A model generated the notes under the pieces. That model had not been told where the DNA came from. It searched no databases and was given only the letters and a program-made list of their open reading frames with translations. Shown here in pieces: positions 38,455-51,443 of a DNA stretch of 64,000 nt; position 1 is the first letter of the stretch; the number at the start of each line of letters is the position of its first letter. A program made the position numbers and the translations under genes. The stretch is from NCBI RefSeq assembly GCF_006345805.1, contig NC_043008.1, positions 26,040,001 through 26,104,000 on the forward strand, written 5' to 3'. The stretch comes from Octopus sinensis. Its lineage: Eukaryota.

Positions 38455-39200
38455 TCGTCGTTTAACGTCCACTTTCCATGCTGGCATGGGTTGAACGGTG
38501 TGACTGAGGCCTGGCAAAGCGGAAGGCTGAACCAGGCTCCAATCCAATCTGGCAAAGTTTCTACAGCTGGATACCCTTCCTAACACCAACCACTCTGAGA
38601 GTGTAGTGGGTACTTTTTACATGTCACCAGCACAAGAGCCAGTCAGTTGGTACTGGCATTGACCATGCATGAATGGTGCTTTTTATGTGCTACCAACACG
38701 AGAGCCAGTCAGGTGGCATTGGTATTGACCACGCTCGAATGATGCTCAAATGGTGCTATTTACATGCCACCAGTATGGGTGCCAATCAGTAGGTATTATA
38801 ATAAAGAAATAGGTACTGTCATTGATTATGATGACTACTTCACTTGCCTCAACAGGTCTTTGTAAGTGCAGTTTATTGCTTAATGATTGAAGGGTACTCT
38901 TAAATGGGCCGGTTATGCTGCTCTGGCATAGGCCATGGTTATGGTCACACTTGATTTGCTAGGTCTTCTCAAGCACAGTACATCTCCAAAGGTCTCGGTC
39001 ACTTGGCATCACCTCAGTGAGGTCCGATGTTCGAAGATCTTGCTTCACCACCTCATCTCAGATATTCCTAGGTCTACCTCTTCCACAGGTTCACTATACT
39101 GCTAGGGTGTGACACTTTTTCACACAGCTGGTCCTCATCCATATGCAACACATGACCATATCAGTGCAGTCGTCTCTCTTGCACACCACTTCTGATGCTT
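38455..39200 (-). mobile_element. Older RTE LINE 3' end
   Basis: (CAT)n tail, same 3' UTR as the 42481 and 47640 copies, decayed RGRPRK/ERRL coding end. Confidence 0.75.
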
Positions 39201-39205
39201 ATATA

Positions 39206-39900
39206 TCTACATATATAAAACTCAACTTGTGTGTCTGTGTGTTTAACTTCCCGGCACATCTCCTCCTAGCCAACAAATCGTAGAACCACCAAAAATGGGT
39301 CACTTAAAGTTTAGGCGAATGAAAATTCAACTTCGCTATTTCTGTTCCGAAATTCATCTCGCAAGTGCAAAAATCGATAATGTGTTTGTTTAGGCCTTAT
39401 CCCATGCATTGAATAGTGAACTTGAATCAGTCAGCTGTTTGACGTGAACTGTGTTCACCACACGTGCAAGTATGCATAAATTGCATGAAAAATATAAAAA
39501 TGAAGATATAAAAATGAATCACTGTAAACATTGTAGAAATTTAGCAAAGAAATGAATTTTCTGGATGTAGCCTGGAGGGTTTTTTCGTATTAATCGTTTG
39601 GACTTTGTGAACACATACCAATTGTTTTCATAATATTTTTAACGCTTTGAATTAAATGTGACCATTTTGCGTTGAGTCTGCAGTTTGAATCATTTTAACC
39701 AAATCTTAGCAGGCCGGATTTTTTATCATCATGATACATTGCCAGCAACTCCCTGAAACTCTCCCCTGAAATCCCCGTTGAGAAAACTATATATATATAA
39801 AACTCAACTTGTATGTCTGTGTGTGTATCAGTGTGTGTGTCTGTGTGTTTAACTTTTGGATCTACCAAGTTTCATTATTAAGGATGGAAAGTAGTGTGTA
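39206..39900 (+). mobile_element. Helitron-like non-autonomous fragments (two 5' ends)
   Basis: TC/CTA(TA)n-AAAACTCAACTTGT starts at ~39206 and ~39787; no clear 3' CTAG. Confidence 0.4.
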
Positions 39901-39905
39901 GCAAA

Positions 39906-40396
<491 letters not shown>

Positions 40397-40435
40397 CATA
40401 CACATATACACAAACATACACACACACACACACCC

Positions 40436-40491
<56 letters not shown>

Positions 40492-40569
40492 GTCTTTGTG
40501 TTTTCTTGCTTGCTCATGTTTGGATTGATTATATATGTATGTATGTGTATATATATAAAACAAATATTA

Positions 40570-41000
40570 CATAGTGTGAATGTGGTTCTAGGTTCAGTCT
40601 CGTTGTATGGCACCATGTGAAAGTGATTGCTATTATAGTCCAAAGTCAACCAATGTTTTGTGAGTGGATTTGGTAATTGGAAACTGAAAGAAATATGTGT
40701 GCTTGTGTGAGTGTTGTGTGTGTGTTACATTGGTTTCCTTAATTGTCATATAGGCTGGTGGGTGGGTGTCATTTTACTTTGACATTGCATGGTAGTTGTA
40801 AATGAGTGTCACCGTCCTGCAAGTAGTGTCTTTCATTTCCAGCCTTGCATGAAAACATGTCTGTCCATGGATAAATATTATCTTGCTTAGAAACATGTGA
40901 GGTTTGGCAACAAGAAAGACATCCAGCTGTAGAAAATCCCCTTCAAAGAATTCTTTCCAAGCCTTGCAAGAAAGGGAAAGTAAGTGTTAAAATGATGATG
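40570..41000 (+). mobile_element. SINE family A head followed by an RTE-tail-related repeat
   Basis: GGTTCAGTCTC head and GGAAACTGAAAGAA core; downstream part resembles 55880-55990. Confidence 0.55.
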
Positions 41001-42656
41001 GATATATCTTATATTATAGTGTATAATGTAATATATTATATATTGTATTATGTTACATCATATCTGTTATATATACAAGGAACAAAAGATCCAGAGATAT
41101 AACAATTCTGTATGCTTTTGCAATTGTGTATTTGAATGATTTGGGTGAAGCACAAGAATTCTAAGAATGCAATGAGTATTTACCCTTAGCATTTATTCTG
41201 CTTCTGTTTGTCACTTTTATTAACATCCTGCTTTAAAATAACATGTCCTGCTTTGATAATTGCTTACTTGTTGAATGTCAGTTTAGTTATTGTCCTATAT
41301 CTTCTGCATATCATACATATCTCATTCTGCTAAACTTGCTATTCTCTCTATTTAATAAATTATTACTTAATAGCTGATGCATCAAAACAGGTGTATGGTA
41401 TGCTCTTTTGGTATGAGTTGCATTTTATAATTGGTGTCTCTAAACTGTCATTCTTTTCCATAATTTATTGGCGAGTGTGTTTTGTTAACCAACTGGTGTT
41501 GATTTTGTTGCATCCCATCTGATATCTCTATGCTCTGTATCATAAATACTTGTCCTGATTGCAGTTTAGATCAGTATTTTAGAATGAATTTTTTTGGTAA
41601 TGTGATATCATTTAATTTCTTCTGTTAAAAAAGCATATTGGTTGCAGATGTACTGGCAGTACTCATAGACATTCCATGGTTATTTTGAAAACATTATGAT
41701 TGTTGAAAGTTTAGAGGGAGCCACGAAAGACATAATTTTTGTCTGACATTATATTTTCTTTTGAAGTATGTGATTTTTGAGATGGGATAAATATGTCAGT
41801 TGTCTTGAAGATACAGTCTTAAGAGAGAACATCATTGAAAACTATATGATTAGTTAAACACTTTTCAGAGCATCTATCTTAAGAGTTATCTATCATTTTA
41901 TTTTTGCATCAGAAAGAAAACATTCTCTAGAAAGAGATGTATTCAACTGTTTATGAGAAAATTCTGGTCTAGTACAATTCACTTCACCTTTTCAGTTATC
42001 TATGTAATAAAAAAGATTATTAAAAATGTGCTTAAAAATACTACATATATTTACAGCAAGTGCTTTAAACAAGAATCTTAACTCTAGAATGAAACTGAAG
42101 ACAATAACTGTCCATAATTTTATGCTGGATGATATAACTTTGTAATTAATGCTTTAACAAATTTTAATACACCGAACAACATCTTTACTTTTATATTAAA
42201 TGCATATGGCCTTGAACTTAAACATACAATCCCACTGAACAAAGTACAGTAGATTGTAAAGAAATATCTATCACTAATAAACATATACATAATTTAAAAT
42301 ATTTATTTTCCTGTCAAGTGCCTGGGGAATAATATAAATGTTGTGCATGCAATATATTATGATTTTTACTTTAGTTCTGTTCAGTTAATTACATTACAAA
42401 CAATATAAATGCTAGGTGTATTTTGATTGTCTTCAATTACATTCATCATTAAATGCTACATACATAGATTGTACAGAATAATCATCATCATCATCATCAT
42501 TTAACGTCCGCCTTCCATGCTAGCATGGGTTGGACGGTTCAACTGGGGTCTGGGGAGCCCGAAAGCTGCACCAGTCCAGTCAGATCTGGCAGTGTTTCTA
42601 CAGCTGGATGCCCTTCCTAACGCCAACCACTCCGAGAGTGTAGTGGGTGATTTTAT

Positions 42657-44740
42657 GTGCCACCGACACAGGTGCCAGACGAGGCTGGCAAACGGCCACG
42701 CTCGGATGGTGTTTTCTATGTGCCACCGACACAGGTGCCAGACGAGGCTGGCAGACGGCCACGCTCGGATGGTGTTTTTATGTGCCACCGACACAGGTGC
42801 CAGACGAGGCTGGCAGACGGCCACGCTCGGATGGTGTTTTTATGTGCCACCGACACAGGTGCCAGACGAGGCTGGCAGACGGCCACGCTCGGATGGAGTT
42901 TTTATGTGCCACCGACACAGGTGCCAGATGAGGCTGGCAAACAGCCACGATCGGATGGTGCTTGTTACGTGCCCACAGCACGGAGGCCAGTCGATGCGGT
43001 ACTGGCTACGGCCACGTTCGGATGGTTTTCTTATGTGCCACGTGCCACCGGCACTGGTACCACAAAGATACAAATTCCATTGATGTTCATCTATTTTGAT
43101 TTGTTTTGATTTTCACTTGCCTCAACAGGTCTTCACAAGTGTCACAAGAAGGAAGGTATGCACAGGTGGACTGACTACGTCCCAGGTAGGGGCCATGGGT
43201 TATGGCCTGACTAGTCTTGCCGGGTCTTCGGATGGTGTTCTTATGTGCCACCGACACAGGTGCTAGATGAGGCTGGCGAACGGCCACGATCGGATGGTGT
43301 TTGACATGTGCCCACCGCACTGACTACGTCACTGATGGATTTCTTGTGTGCCACAGGCACTGGTACCACAAGAAACAAATTCCATTGATGTTCATCTATT
43401 TTGTCTATTTTGATTTGATTTGATTTTCACTTGCCTCAACCGGTCTTCACAAGTGTCACAAGAAGGAAGGTATGCACAGGTGGACTGACTAGTCTTGCCG
43501 GGTCTTCGGAAGGTGTTTTTATGTGCCACCGACACAGGTGCCAGATGAGGCTGGCGAACGGCCATGATCGGATGGTGTTTGTTACGTGCCCACAGCACGG
43601 AGGCCGGTCGATGCGGAACTGGCTACGGCCACGTTCGGATCGTTCTCTTGTGTGCCACCGGCACTGGTACCACAAAGTGTGTGCCACCGGCACTGGTACC
43701 ACAAAGATACAGATTCCATTGATGTTCATCTATTTTGATTTGTTTTGATTTGATTTTCACTTGCCTCAACAGGTCTTCACAAGTGTCACAAGAAGGAAGG
43801 TATGCACAGGTGGACTGACTACGTCCCAGGTAGGGGCCATGGGTTATGGCCTGACTAGTCTTGCCGGGTCTTCGGATGGTGTTTTTATGTGCCACCGACA
43901 CAGGTGCTAGATGAGGCTGGCGAACGGCCACGATCGGATGGTGTTTGTCATGTGCCCACAGCACGGAGGCCAGTCGATGCGGTACTGGCTACGGCCACTT
44001 TCGGATGGTTTTCTCTTGTGTGCCACCGGCACTGGTACCACAAAGATACAAATTCCATTGATGTTCATCTATTTTGATTTGTTTTGATTTGATTTTGATT
44101 TTGATTTTCACTTGCCTCAACAGGCCTTCACAAGTATCACAAGTATCACGTTCGGATGGATTCTTGTGTGCCACCGGCACTGGTACCACAAGCGGTACTG
44201 ACTACGGCCACGTTCGGATGGATTCTTGTGTGCCACCGGCACTGGTACCACAAGCGGTACTGACTACGGCCACGTTCGGATGGATTCTTGTGTACCACCG
44301 GCACTGGTACCACAAGGATACAAATTCCATTGATGTTCATCTATTTTGATTTGTTTTGATTTGATTTGATTTTCACTTGCCTCAGCAGGTCTTCACAAGT
44401 GTCACAAGAAGGAAGGTATGTACAGGTGGACTGACTATGTCCCAGGTAGGGCCCACGGGTTACGACCTGACTAGTCTTGCCGGGTCTTCGGATGGTGTTT
44501 TTATGTGCCACCATGTTCCCACAGCACGGAGGCCAGTCGATGCGGTACTGGCTACGGCCACGTTCGGATGGTTTTCTTGTGTGCCACAGGCACTGGTACC
44601 ACAAAGATACAAATTCCATTGATGTTCATCTATTTTGATTGATTTTCACTTGCCTCAGCAGGTCTTCACAAGTGTCACAAGAAGGAAGGTATGCACAGGT
44701 GGATCGACTACGTCCCAGGTAGTGGCCACGGGATATGGCC
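42657..44740. repeat. Nested tandem array: 62-63-bp units plus ~270-340-bp higher-order units
   Basis: Unit starts at 42657, 42720, 42782, 42844, 42906; the marker ATTCCATTGATGTTCATCTATTTT recurs at 43074, 43379, 43713, 44052, 44324, 44613. Confidence 0.95.
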
Positions 44741-44743
44741 TGA

Positions 44744-45343
44744 CTAGTCCTGCCGGGTCCTCTCATGCACAGCACACTTCCATAGGACTCGGTCTTCAGT
44801 CATTTCCCTGGTGAGACCTAAAGTTCGAAGGTCGTGCTTCACCACCTCGTCCCAGGTTTTCCTGGGTCTACCTCTTCCACAGGTTCCCTCAACTGCTAGG
44901 GTGTAGCACTTTTGCACACAACTATCTTCAGCCATTCTCGTCACATGACCATACCAGCGCAGCCGTCTCTCTTGCACACCACAACTGACACTTCTTAGGT
45001 TCAACTTTTCTCTCAAAGTACTTACACTCTGACGATTATGAACACTGACATTACACATCCATCGGAGCATACTGGCTTCATTTCTTGCAAGCTTACGCAT
45101 ATCCTCAGCTGTCACGGCCCATGTTTCACTACCATGTAGCATGGCTGTACGTACACACGCATCATATAGTCTGCCTTTTACTCTTAGCGAGAGGCCTTTT
45201 GTCACCAGCAGGGGTAAGAGCTCTCTAAACTTTGCCCAGGCTATTCTTACTCTAGCAGTTACACTTTCAGCACACCCACCCCCGCTACTGACTTGGTCTC
45301 CTAGGTAAAATATTTTTCTCCAAAGCACTGAGGTCATTTCCAC
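44744..45343 (-). CDS. RTE LINE polyprotein C-terminal fragment
   Basis: [61 protein letters not shown]. Confidence 0.85.
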   Translation of the reverse strand: MEMTSVLWRKIFYLGDQVSSGGGCAESVTARVRIAWAKFRELLPLLVTKGLSLRVKGRLYDACVRTAMLHGSETWAVTAEDMRKLARNEASMLRWMCNVSVHNRQSVSTLREKLNLRSVSCGVQERRLRWYGHVTRMAEDSCVQKCYTLAVEGTCGRGRPRKTWDEVVKHDLRTLGLTREMTEDRVLWKCAVHERTRQD

Positions 45344-46360
45344 ATCGAACCATTTATGAATGGGGTGACACTATCTATTATTACCCATCTAGATAAATGG
45401 ATAAATGGATGAATGGAGGTGTAGATGAAGAGATAGTCAGTACATAAATAACTGGTTCTTAAACCTCTGAAACTTTCTGCTGAATTAATAATGGCATCAT
45501 ACAGACCTTATCCATTTGCTTGTACAGTTTATATTACACTAAATTTTTAAAATATTTGAAAAGAATTGTCAAAGAATTATGTTTGGATTTGATAAATATC
45601 CAATATTAAGTCAATTTAAAGAAACAATGACAAAATATTGAACCGTTTCAAGCATTTGCATTGGTTAGTACATTTTGTATAACCCAAAATTTCATAAGCA
45701 TTTGTAATAAAATATTGTAATTTTCCAAGCTAAGTTTTAGATTTAATGCACATGTAGACATTTTTCACACCATACACAAACTATATAATTTAGCCCTAAG
45801 ATAGCGGAACATTGTAATGGCAGAGATAATATAATATATTTGTACACAAAGTATAGGAAAGGACCAGCAAACAGGAAATTCTAAATGCATAAATAATTGG
45901 TTGCTGAAATAGCTGGTTTGTAGAAGCACAAAGGTCACTTGACATCTGATGAGCTTTAAATTGCCAATTTAACATAGATTATTCTTTTAATTTTATCTCA
46001 AATTCTTTTGAATTTTAGATAATATGATCTTTACTAGCTTAAAGAAATATCCTGAACTTTGCAGTGTATTTTCATCAACTTTTTAAAATGGTCTGATATT
46101 AGATGTTTGTTAAACATGATCATAAATTTAATTCAAATTGTAATTCTTTTCCAATTTTTAGTGATTTCAAATCATGGGAACTATTCAAGTGAAATGGTTA
46201 AGTTCAGAACACTGGATTGGTGTACTATTATAGATTTTTTGCTTCAATGATGACATGGTAAATTCAATAGAAAAATTCAAAGATCTGAGAAACAGTTACT
46301 GATAAACTGAATATTTGTTTGTTCTATGATTCTTTGTGACCTTGCATCAATGTGTGCACA

Positions 46361-46394
<34 letters not shown>

Positions 46395-46407
46395 CATGTG
46401 TACGTAG

Positions 46408-46450
<43 letters not shown>

Positions 46451-46727
46451 TGTGTGTGTTCTGTTTTAAATCATTTAAATTCTTCCTCTGAAGAAGTGGC
46501 TGATTTCTAACAAAGATACAAAGCTCAATTTTTGGAATGCAGATGATAGAAACAATGTCACATTTTAAACCTGGGGAAAGTCTTTCATAGTTTTACTTTT
46601 CTGCTTACAGATTGTATTTGTAACGTGTGAATCAGTTGATTTCTTTTTCTGAAAATCCAGGTTTATGCAGATTGACATTTACTTACAAGTGCTCCAATTA
46701 TTATTGGTATAAATGTAAATTTGTTTG

Positions 46728-46876
46728 TTTGTTTGTATGTATGTATGTATGTATGTATGTATGTATGTATGTATGTATGTATGTATGTATGTATGTATGT
46801 ATGTATGTATGTATGTATGTATGTATGTATGTATGTATGTATGTATGTATGTATGTATGTATGTATGTATGTATGT
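46728..46876. repeat. (TATG)n microsatellite (a second tract at 46980-47048) inside rotatin-like homology
   Basis: Direct reading. Confidence 0.95.
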
Positions 46877-47553
46877 CAAGTCAGTCATTATTCAGTTTTA
46901 TTTCAACATTTCTTACCAATAGAGAAAGTGTCAGTTCCCCACCTAGATCCAATTTCAACAACATCAACGGGTATTTTTGCATGTATGTATGTATGTATGT
47001 ATGTATGTATGTATGTATGTATGTATGTGTGAGTGTGTGTGTGTGTGTGCGCAGATTTGTATGCTTTGTTTTATGTATATATTATTCATATTGTTGCATA
47101 TCTAGACATTCCCACATATATTTAAATGATAAACTTCTGGAAAGTTTTAAAGAATTTTACAGTTCTAGAGATGGATTGGATATGTAGTCTTCAAATAAGC
47201 TTTCTCCTTTCTGGTTTTGAAAAGCCTAATTTCTCAAGATTGGTATTTAGGCAGTGTGTTACATATCCCATTGCTCCAATAACTAAAGGTATAAATTGGA
47301 ACTTGTAATCTGGATAAAGTAACTGTAGATTCCTCAATAGTTCAGTGTAGTATTACAACCTGCTGGCCATAACTTGAATTTACAAAATCAATGAGGATAG
47401 GGTGAATCCAAAACAACAACACACCATGAAGTCGTTTGTAAAATATTATTAACAATTGTCAGCATAAAAAACAGCCCCCACACAAAACAAATATATATGA
47501 ACAAAAATAAACCAATGCCACAGCAGATGTGCAGTCAAAATATTTACAAAGAT

Positions 47554-47639
<86 letters not shown>

Positions 47640-47641
<2 letters not shown>

Positions 47642-49130
47642 ATCATCATCATCATCATCATTTAGCGTCTGTTCTCCATGCTAGCATGGGTTGGACGGTT
47701 CAACTGGGACCTGTGAAGCTGGAAGGCTTCATCAGGCCCAGTCAGATCTGGCAGTGTTTCTACGGCTGGATGCCCTTCCTAATGCCAACCACTCCGTGAG
47801 TGTAGTGGGTGCTTTTTACGTGCCACCCGCACAGGTGCCAGACAGAGCTGGCAACGGACACGAACGGATGGTGCTTTTACGTACCACCAACACGGGGGCC
47901 AGACAGAGCTGGCAAACGGCCACGAAACGGATGGTGCTTTTACGTGTCACCGGCACGGGGGAAAGACAGAGCTGGCAAACGGCCACGAAACGGATGGTGC
48001 TTTTACGTGTCACCGGCACGGGGGCCAGGCAAGGCTGGCAACGGACACGAACGGATAGTGCTTTTACATGCCGACATGGGGGCCAGACAGGGTTGGCAAA
48101 CGGCCACGAACGGATGGTGTTTTTACGTGTCACCGGCATGGGGGCCAGACAGAGCTGGCAAACGGCCACGAACGGATGGTGCTTTTATGTGTCACCGGCA
48201 CGGGGGCCAGGCGAGGCTGGCAACGAACACGAACGGATGGTGCTTTTACGTGCCACCGACACGGGGGCCAGACAGGGCTGGCAAACGGCCACGAACGGAT
48301 GGTGCTTTTACGTGTCACCTGCACGGGGGCCCTGATGTTGATCGACCTCAATTTGGTTCTGCTTTCTGATATATGTATTGATTTGGTTTGATTTTGATTT
48401 TGACTGTTCTCACTGGTCTTGCCGGGTTTTCTCACGCACAGCATACTTCCAAAGGTCTCGGTCTCTGGTCATTTCCTTGGTGAGACCTAAAGTTCGAAGA
48501 TCGTGCTTCCCCACCTCGACTCAGATTTTCCTGGGTCTACCTCTTCCACAGGTCTCCTCAACTGCCAGGGTGTGGCACTTTCGCACACAACTATCTTCAG
48601 CCATTCTCATCACATGACCATACCAGCGCAAACGTCTCTCTTGCACACAACAACTGATGCTTCTTAGGTTCAACTTTTCTCTCAAGGTACTTACACTCTG
48701 TCGATTATGAACATTGACATTACACATCCATCGGAGCATACTAGCTTCATTTCTTGCGAGCTTACGCAAATCCTCAGCAGTCACAGCCCAAGTTTCACTA
48801 CCATGTAGCATGGCTGTACGTACACATGCATCATACAGTCTGCCTTTTACTTTGAGCGAGAGGCCTTTTGTCACCAGCAGGGGTAAGAGCTCTCTAAACT
48901 TTGCCCAGGCTATTCTTACTCTAGCAGTTATACATTCAGCACACCCGCCCCCGCAACTGACTTGGTCACCAAGGTAACGGAAACTATCAACTACTTCTAG
49001 TTTTTCTCCCTGGAAAGTGACTGAAGTTGGTCTCAGAGCATTTTCAGTGTTTATTGTTCCTGAACATCTGCCACATACAAAAACCATCTTCCTAGTTAGC
49101 CTTCCTTTGACATTGCTGCACCTCTTATGT
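47640..49130 (-). mobile_element. 5'-truncated RTE LINE, second young copy, with a ~60-bp tandem array in its 3' UTR (47820-48335)
   Basis: ORF 48521-49144 closely matches 44744-45343; (CAT)n tail at 47641-47660. Confidence 0.9.
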
Positions 49131-49134
49131 GTCC

Positions 49135-49196
<62 letters not shown>

Positions 49197-49234
49197 GTAT
49201 ATACATATGTATATATATATGTATATATGTATAT

Positions 49235-49286
<52 letters not shown>

Positions 49287-49352
49287 GTATATATATTATA
49301 TGTGTATATATATATATATATGTATATATATATACATATATATATATATATA
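49135..49352. repeat. (TA)n microsatellite flanking the Penelope element
   Basis: Direct reading. Confidence 0.95.
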
Positions 49353-49472
49353 GAAAATAGTAAAAGGTGAAAAAACTACAGAAGGCTTGTTTTAAAAGGT
49401 TAAAAAATATATATTTGAGTCAATATGTCTGAAGAATGTTATAAATTTTTTTCTTACAATGACATAGTTTAG

Positions 49473-49512
49473 AAGAAATGACCGGTGTCGCGTTCAGCTT
49501 TTGAAATTTCTT
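49473..49512 (-). ncRNA. Variant hammerhead in the inverted pseudo-LTR (two core substitutions)
   Basis: Reverse complement reads AAGAAAT TTCAAAA GCTGAACGC GACA CCGG TC ATTTCTT. Confidence 0.5.
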
Positions 49513-49863
49513 ACATCGTTATGTTTACGTTGAGAAGAGTTATCGTTATGTTTATGTTGAGAAGAGTTCCAGATAAGGGGAGGTAATAAGTGATTTCTTC
49601 CAGTGTAAGGGAGATAATCGCTTAAAATGTTTTGCCTTTCTTTTGGAGTGAATTTCTCTGTAAAAGTATGTTGGAATGGTTAAGTTTGGGCTTGTATTTT
49701 TCAATGAAGAATGTTTCCTTGTTTAGTCTAATTTGTGTTGGTGTTCCGATAGCACATTGGTAAAATGGAAAGATTAAAAATTGTGGTAGTAGTTGCTTTG
49801 CGCATTTCTCAATGTGCTCACTAAAGGGTATCATTTTGTATTCTGGGAATGCAATCTGTTGTC

Positions 49864-49899
49864 GATTTGAAAAGCTGAACGCGAAACCGGTCATTTCTT
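49864..49899 (+). ncRNA. Variant hammerhead at the inversion junction (stem I 5' strand truncated)
   Basis: GAT TTGAAAA GCTGAACGC GAAA CCGG TC ATTTCTT. Confidence 0.55.
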
Positions 49900-50075
49900 C
49901 TAAGCTATGTCATTGTAAGAAAAAAAATTATAACATTCTTCAGACATATTGACTCAAATATATATTTTTTAACCTTTTAAAACAAGCCTTCTGTAGTTTT
50001 TTCACCTTTTACTATTTTCTATATATTCAACCACGTGCTTTCACAAACCAACTTTCTCATCTATATATTAAACAC

Positions 50076-51443
50076 GTGAGACTGAAAATGCCACAGAAGA
50101 CTAACATCTTGGATAAAACTACAAATGAGGACATACTTAAAGAACTTAAAATTATTAATACACAGCTCATTACCTTAAACAACAAAATCGAGGACTCAAA
50201 CCTACTCGCCCGGGAAAATAAAAACAGTGAAGATACAACTCGCTACACTGACCAGGTTAGTAAGGATTTGCAACTGTTATACACAACACTAATTTCAATT
50301 TTCATCAACAAATCCGACAATAAAAAACACACACCAAATGAAACACACCAGGACATCATACGAACTCAAATTAACCCAGCAAAAAGAAAAATAGGAAACA
50401 TTTGGAATACAAACCTGCACAATAGAAAACTCGCCTTCTGGAACATGATAAAAAATTCCAACAAAGCAGATATATGCGAGGGATGGATGAACTCAACACC
50501 AATTGTCCTCCTACGCAAATTCCAGATAAAATTAATTCCTAACGAGCCTGACGGACAGAGAACTATTAGGGAAAAGTCAGCTCTATTCAATTTAAGATCA
50601 GAAATAGAGCTTCTAAAACTTAGGGCCTCCACAAATGAGGAAAAATTTAAAAGCATCGACGAGGAGATGCACAATATAATACAAAAACATACCGAGGGAC
50701 AACCCCTCGAAAATACATTAGATCATTGGAAGGATACCTGTGAAAAAGAAGAGAGAAATTCTCTCCTGCACTGGGAAAAAAGCAACGATTTCTTCCAAAG
50801 ATATAGTTTAACTTTCAAAAATGAATTGGGTACAAATAATCCCTTCCTTAAGAAAATTACAAAAAAGAAAAAAGAAAAACCAAACAACCCACGAACAACC
50901 CCCAACTATCCTCCATACACTAGAAACAGAAATCACCCACAACCAACATTTTCAAACCACACAAGACTTAACAGGGAACAAGCTGACAGACAACGCGTCT
51001 ATGAAATAAATTACACCAAAAACAGAACACACCAACAATATCCTAATACCAGACCCAACCACCATACAGCACAAAACGACACTAGAATAAGAAATACACC
51101 ACACACAAGTTGCTACTACCCCATGAACCAAAATTACTGGTCCCCACTGAACACAAGACAAACGCAAAAAAACACTATGTCAAGCAACATCCCACATACA
51201 AGCAGTTCGAAACAAAAATATTTCACATACAGAAATTTTACACACACCACAAACAAAAACAACCATAGACTCCCACACACACACAACAATCGTGGGCAAC
51301 AATACCACCATTCCCCCGACCCAATATCACACAACCTCACAGACAACTCATACAAACAAAATTACACCCAACATTTTTTAGCCAGTGACCAGAGACACCA
51401 GGACACAGGCTGGAACCTAGTAATAAGGAAAAACCGAAGATAA
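50076..51443 (+). CDS. Penelope ORF1 / N-terminal protein: helical, partly coiled-coil half plus an N/T/H/R-rich low-complexity tail
   Basis: Uninterrupted 455-codon ORF (ATG at 50088) directly upstream of, and overlapping, the RT frame. Confidence 0.7.
   Translation: MRLKMPQKTNILDKTTNEDILKELKIINTQLITLNNKIEDSNLLARENKNSEDTTRYTDQVSKDLQLLYTTLISIFINKSDNKKHTPNETHQDIIRTQINPAKRKIGNIWNTNLHNRKLAFWNMIKNSNKADICEGWMNSTPIVLLRKFQIKLIPNEPDGQRTIREKSALFNLRSEIELLKLRASTNEEKFKSIDEEMHNIIQKHTEGQPLENTLDHWKDTCEKEERNSLLHWEKSNDFFQRYSLTFKNELGTNNPFLKKITKKKKEKPNNPRTTPNYPPYTRNRNHPQPTFSNHTRLNREQADRQRVYEINYTKNRTHQQYPNTRPNHHTAQNDTRIRNTPHTSCYYPMNQNYWSPLNTRQTQKNTMSSNIPHTSSSKQKYFTYRNFTHTTNKNNHRLPHTHNNRGQQYHHSPDPISHNLTDNSYKQNYTQHFLASDQRHQDTGWNLVIRKNRR

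Larger units (their letters stand above)
42481..45345 (-). mobile_element. 5'-truncated RTE (BovB-like) LINE with an amplified 3' UTR
   Basis: RTE C-terminal ORF at 44744-45343; (CAT)n tail at 42481-42500. Confidence 0.9.

Noticed and set aside
42501-48444. Long overlapping ORFs with repeated MCHRHRCQ / ATDTGAR motifs, and a possible CRISPR-like reading of the 62-bp repeats
   Set aside because: The units are contiguous tandem repeats with no unique spacers, inside an RTE 3' UTR in eukaryotic DNA; ORFs occur in several frames on both strands, as expected for GC-rich repeats.
51386-51388. Selenocysteine or readthrough TGA in the Penelope RT frame
   Set aside because: Selenoprotein-coding Penelope elements are known from a different, endonuclease-first clade; this element has a C-terminal GIY-YIG, I saw no SECIS, and a CpG transition explains the TGA more simply.
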